In this document: piece after piece, positions 60,620 to 64,000 of the stretch
Numbering within the stretch: position 1 is the stretch's first letter
Layout: every line of letters starts with the position of its first letter
Source: Candidatus Marinacidobacterales bacterium
Lineage (GTDB): Bacteria > Acidobacteriota > Vicinamibacteria > Marinacidobacterales > DATDRI01
Assembly: GCA_965219415.1 (NCBI GenBank)
Contig: CBDCNP010000002.1
Coordinates: forward strand, 3,584,001 to 3,648,000
DNA length: 64,000 nt
Direction of reading: 5' to 3'
The notes under the pieces: generated by a model
What the model saw: only the letters and a program-made list of their open reading frames with translations
The model's database searches: none
What the model was told of the DNA's origin: nothing
Translations under genes and position numbers: made by a program

Positions 60620-61492
60620 TCACTCCGCGCCGTGCCGATGCTTCCCGGTTCGAGACGTAGGGGCTAGGCGCATGTCTTTGTTCTCAATCTCGGCGGGCAT
60701 CAAGAGCAGGTCCGCCACCTTGGTGATGGCCTCGAAGACCTGCACGATGGTCAAGACCTCGAGGATGCCTTCTTCGCCCGCTCCTAAGCGCAGCAGCTCG
60801 CGGCGATGAAAATTGATGCCGTAGGGCGAACGGGTCACGACCGACGCCGCGAATCCGATCATGGTTTTGTAAGGCCGCGAGAGAACGCGATCGGGCAGCG
60901 TGCCGCGGACATAGTCCCAGGTCGCCTTGAGGTGGGTACCCCGACCAACGAGATAGCGGAATGCGTTGGGAAGCTCTCCTCCGTAGAAATCCGTTATTTG
61001 CGTTAGAAGCTTCTGCTGAGCAGCAGGAACCCTCTCCAAGCTGGGTGGGGGATAAAGACGTGCAACGAGCGTCGATCGTTTCTCATCACCATCCAGGGGG
61101 ACTCCGATCGCGTCCGCGAAGGCATTCACGTATTGGGCCGCCGCCATGGCGAAGCCCGCTTCTAGCCATGCCTCGTCGTTATCCATGCCCGCCCGCCGGG
61201 CGGACCACTGATGGATGGATGTTCAGTACTCGCAGGCGTTCATCGCCGATACGCAGGTGGCGATCATCTCCTTGCTGGCGGCATCCAGTTTGCCGGGGGC
61301 CCATGCCACCTTGGAAGCATTCGACTCGCCGCGCCATATTTCCGGGATCGCCGAAATGACGCGGCCCATCGTGCTATCGAAGTCGATGCCGAAACGATCT
61401 CGGACCAAGCGCAGGAAATCTTGGATCTCGGGGCCCTGAGATTCGCTATCTGCAAGCTCGATGCTGGCGCTGTTCGCGTCTGGTCGGCGCAT
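60620..61492 (-). CDS. Two-domain AhpD/carboxymuconolactone-decarboxylase family protein; probable selenoprotein (C-E-Y-U, Sec90), 290 aa
   Basis: ORFs 61223-61492 and 60620-61186 are in frame; KEMIATCVSAMNACEY-TGA-TSIH places the TGA at the second Cys of the AhpD CxxC...H motif; GAAGGAG RBS; SECIS-like hairpin follows. Confidence 0.85.
61181..61222 (-). promoter_or_regulatory. Bacterial SECIS-like hairpin directly 3' of the in-frame UGA
   Basis: UGA-ACAUCC-AUCCAU-CAGUG-GUCCGCCC-GGC-GGGCGGGC-AUGGAU; G-starting apical loop about 25 nt after UGA. Confidence 0.7.
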
Positions 61493-61514
61493 GAGACGTT
61501 TCTCCTTCCGCTCT

Positions 61515-62387
61515 TTATGCGGGGTCCGCCGCTTTTTTCTTGTACACGTATACCATTAGGTCTTGAAACCTGCCCGGTTGCACCGGCGTCCGGACGTCTC
61601 CGCGTACCTGGTATCCGAAGCCGCCACGTTCCAAGAGCCCTAGGAAATCCGCCAAGCGGTCCTCTTCCGGATCCATATGGTGATGATACTCAATGGCCAT
61701 TTGACGGATGAAGCTGATCTTTCCAGAGTCGACGAGCTCCCGAATAACTCGGGACTCCGCCCCTTCGACGTCGATCTTGAGGAGGTCGACCGGCTCGTCA
61801 AGGTACTCGGAGAGTCGAGCCGAAGAAACTTTTATCGGCAGCGTCGAGCTTCTCTTGGAAACCACGCTCCCCATTCCCGCGCCCGGCCCTCGTGCGTCGG
61901 AGTAGAACTCGACTGGGCCTTCCACGTTCGACACTGCCTTGTTTACAAGCGTGACGTCTTCAAATCCGTTTGCTTCGACGTTACGCTTCAACAAGGAGAA
62001 GGTGTCGGGGTCAGGCTCGAAGGCAAGGACCCTGCAGTCGGGGTAGAGTCGCTTGAAGAAGAGGATGGACATACCTAGATTCGCGCCACAGTCCACGATG
62101 AAGGGCCGTGTCGTATCGTTCGAGAAAAGATAGTCTCTCGTCAGGAATATTTCGATGAAGATGTATCGCAAATGACGATAGTCGAAGAACTCCATCTCGG
62201 CGCCCAGAATGCGCTTGCGACGTGGCTTGCCATCTGCCGTCGGCTTGAGAAGAGAGCGGAGCTCGATACCCAAGTAGCAGGTCAACGTCCTGAGGCGTCC
62301 GTCAGCGGGATCGTCGCGCAGGATTTTGGGACCTAGGCGCAGAATTCTCGACACCGCTCGTTGGGTATCGTCGAGCCGCTCAGCCAT
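61515..62387 (-). CDS. FkbM-family methyltransferase
   Basis: IVDCGANLG, AFEPDP, VDLLKIDVEGAE, IEYH. Confidence 0.9.
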   Translation of the reverse strand: MAERLDDTQRAVSRILRLGPKILRDDPADGRLRTLTCYLGIELRSLLKPTADGKPRRKRILGAEMEFFDYRHLRYIFIEIFLTRDYLFSNDTTRPFIVDCGANLGMSILFFKRLYPDCRVLAFEPDPDTFSLLKRNVEANGFEDVTLVNKAVSNVEGPVEFYSDARGPGAGMGSVVSKRSSTLPIKVSSARLSEYLDEPVDLLKIDVEGAESRVIRELVDSGKISFIRQMAIEYHHHMDPEEDRLADFLGLLERGGFGYQVRGDVRTPVQPGRFQDLMVYVYKKKAADPA

Positions 62388-62472
62388 AGGAATTCGGGAA
62401 CAGACCCGAAGAGAATAGATCGGAGGGTAGGGGGGAAGCCAACCGGCACCGGGGCCGAAAGCTGACGTAGGA

Positions 62473-63048
62473 TCAGCCGGTGCGTTTTTCGAATGCAGCG
62501 ATCTCGGATTCCTGATCTAGCAGGAAATCGAGCTCGTCCTTGCCCTGCAGCAGACAAAAACGCGCGAAAGCATCGATGGGAAAGTGCAACCCTTTGCCGT
62601 TCGGCAAGGTCATGGACTGCGCCTCCAGATCGATGACGAGCTCCATGCCGGGTTCTTTCATCACGGTGCGGTGGATCTCCTCATCTACTACGATCGGTAG
62701 GAGTCCATTCTTGAGTGCATTGTTGCGGAAGATGTCGGCGAACCGCGTGCTCACCACGGCTCGGAATCCGAAGTCGACGAGCGCCCAGGGGGCGTGCTCG
62801 CGGGACGAGCCGCATCCGAAGTTGTCGCCCGCAACGAGAATGCGGGCTCCCGTCGTGTCGACTTGGTTCAGGACAAAATCGGGCCTGGGATTTCCCTGAC
62901 CGTCGTATCGCCAATCTGCGAAGAGTCTTTCGCCGAGTCCTTCCTTGTTGGTGACGGTCAGGAATCGTGCTGGGATTATTTGGTCCGTATCGACGTTCGC
63001 CATGGGTAGAACGATGGTGCGTGACTTGATGACTCGAACGACTTCCAT
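62473..63048 (-). CDS. leuD: 3-isopropylmalate dehydratase small subunit
   Basis: [44 protein letters not shown]. Confidence 0.96.
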   Translation of the reverse strand: MEVVRVIKSRTIVLPMANVDTDQIIPARFLTVTNKEGLGERLFADWRYDGQGNPRPDFVLNQVDTTGARILVAGDNFGCGSSREHAPWALVDFGFRAVVSTRFADIFRNNALKNGLLPIVVDEEIHRTVMKEPGMELVIDLEAQSMTLPNGKGLHFPIDAFARFCLLQGKDELDFLLDQESEIAAFEKRTG

Positions 63049-63050
63049 GG

Positions 63051-64000
63051 TCAGCCCAGCATCTCTCGTGCGTCGGCGATGTGCCCGCTGACTGCGGTAG
63101 CCGCCGCTGTGAGCGGGCTGGCCAAAAACGTTCGCGCCCCGGTGCCTTGGCGCCCCTCGAAGTTCCTGTTGCTGGTACTCACCGCGTACTGACCCGGCTC
63201 GACGCGGTCGCCGTTCATGGCAATGCACATCGAGCAGCCTGGCTCGCGCCACTCGGCTCCGGCATCTCGGAAAACTCGATCGAGCCCCTCGGCCTCGGCT
63301 TGCTTCTTGACCTGCTGAGAGCCGGCGACGACCAGGGCACGCACTCCCGCGGCCACCTTCCGCCCATCGAACACCCGTGCCGCCAAGCGCAAATCGGAGA
63401 TTCGTGCGTTGGTGCAGCTACCAATGAAGACCACGTCGACCGGGTGGCCGAGCAACGCCTGCCCGGGATTGAGACCCATATAGCGGAAAGCCTTTTCGGT
63501 TGCGAGATCAGAACCCGGATCGGGCAGCGGCGAGTGCAGCGGCACCGCCATACCGGGATTGGTCCCGTAGGTGATCATCGGCTGCAGTTGCGAAACATCG
63601 AAGCTCATTTCACGATCGAAGTGGGCGTCGTCGTCAGTTGGTAGCTGTTGCCAGCGCGCCACCGCCTCGTCCCACGCCGCCTCCTTGGGAGCAAGCGGAC
63701 GCCCCGCGAGGTATTCGAACGTGGTCTCGTCGGGCGCCATCATGCCCGCCCGCGCTCCAGCTTCGATGGACATGTTGCAAACCGTCATCCGCTCTTCCAT
63801 CGACAAGCTGCGAACACAAGAGCCTCGATACTCGAAGACATGGCCGGTGCCCCCTTGGACGCCGGTCTTGGCAATGATGGCCAGTATCAAATCCTTGGCA
63901 GTCACTCCGCTCGGGAGAGATCCGTCGAGATCAATGGCCAAAGTCTTCGGCCTTCGCTGCAGCAAGCACTGACTCGCCAAAACGTGTCCCACTTCCGTAG
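63051..64000 (-). CDS. leuC: 3-isopropylmalate dehydratase large subunit (5' end outside window)
   Basis: [44 protein letters not shown]. Confidence 0.97.
   Translation of the reverse strand, partial: TEVGHVLASQCLLQRRPKTLAIDLDGSLPSGVTAKDLILAIIAKTGVQGGTGHVFEYRGSCVRSLSMEERMTVCNMSIEAGARAGMMAPDETTFEYLAGRPLAPKEAAWDEAVARWQQLPTDDDAHFDREMSFDVSQLQPMITYGTNPGMAVPLHSPLPDPGSDLATEKAFRYMGLNPGQALLGHPVDVVFIGSCTNARISDLRLAARVFDGRKVAAGVRALVVAGSQQVKKQAEAEGLDRVFRDAGAEWREPGCSMCIAMNGDRVEPGQYAVSTSNRNFEGRQGTGARTFLASPLTAAATAVSGHIADAREMLG

Overview
High-GC bacterial chromosomal window. The gene content and intergenic repeat style suggest Acidobacteriota, possibly Vicinamibacteria; this is an inference only. Positions 1-10.5 kb are an accessory zone packed with mobile DNA: two IS481-like copies bracketing a Sel1-repeat/Excalibur gene, a truncated IS1-family element, an intact IS6, several MITE-like mini-elements, many orphan IS ends and broken passenger genes. 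Positions 10.6-64 kb are mostly housekeeping and metabolic genes (folK, dNK, acyl-CoA ligase, gatB, ftsE/udk/ftsX, mqnD, coaX, acnA, cstA, hisS, rho, two Fpg/Nei genes, mug, tag, leuDC). This part also holds two amino-acid catabolic clusters, a decayed GAF-PilB/GspE ATPase and an OmpA/MotB gene split by IS256 with an 8-bp target duplication. The ORF track misses four notable features. (1) A two-domain AhpD/CMD gene has an in-frame TGA at the second Cys of its CxxC motif, followed immediately by a bSECIS-like hairpin, so it is a probable selenoprotein. (2) A 44-aa, 7-Cys metallothionein/TRASH-like microprotein has a strong RBS. (3) A His-rich Tat lipoprotein is preceded by a sigma54-type promoter. 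(4) A dispersed ~45-bp hairpin repeat family occurs in about 10 copies. No rRNA, tRNA or CRISPR array was found.
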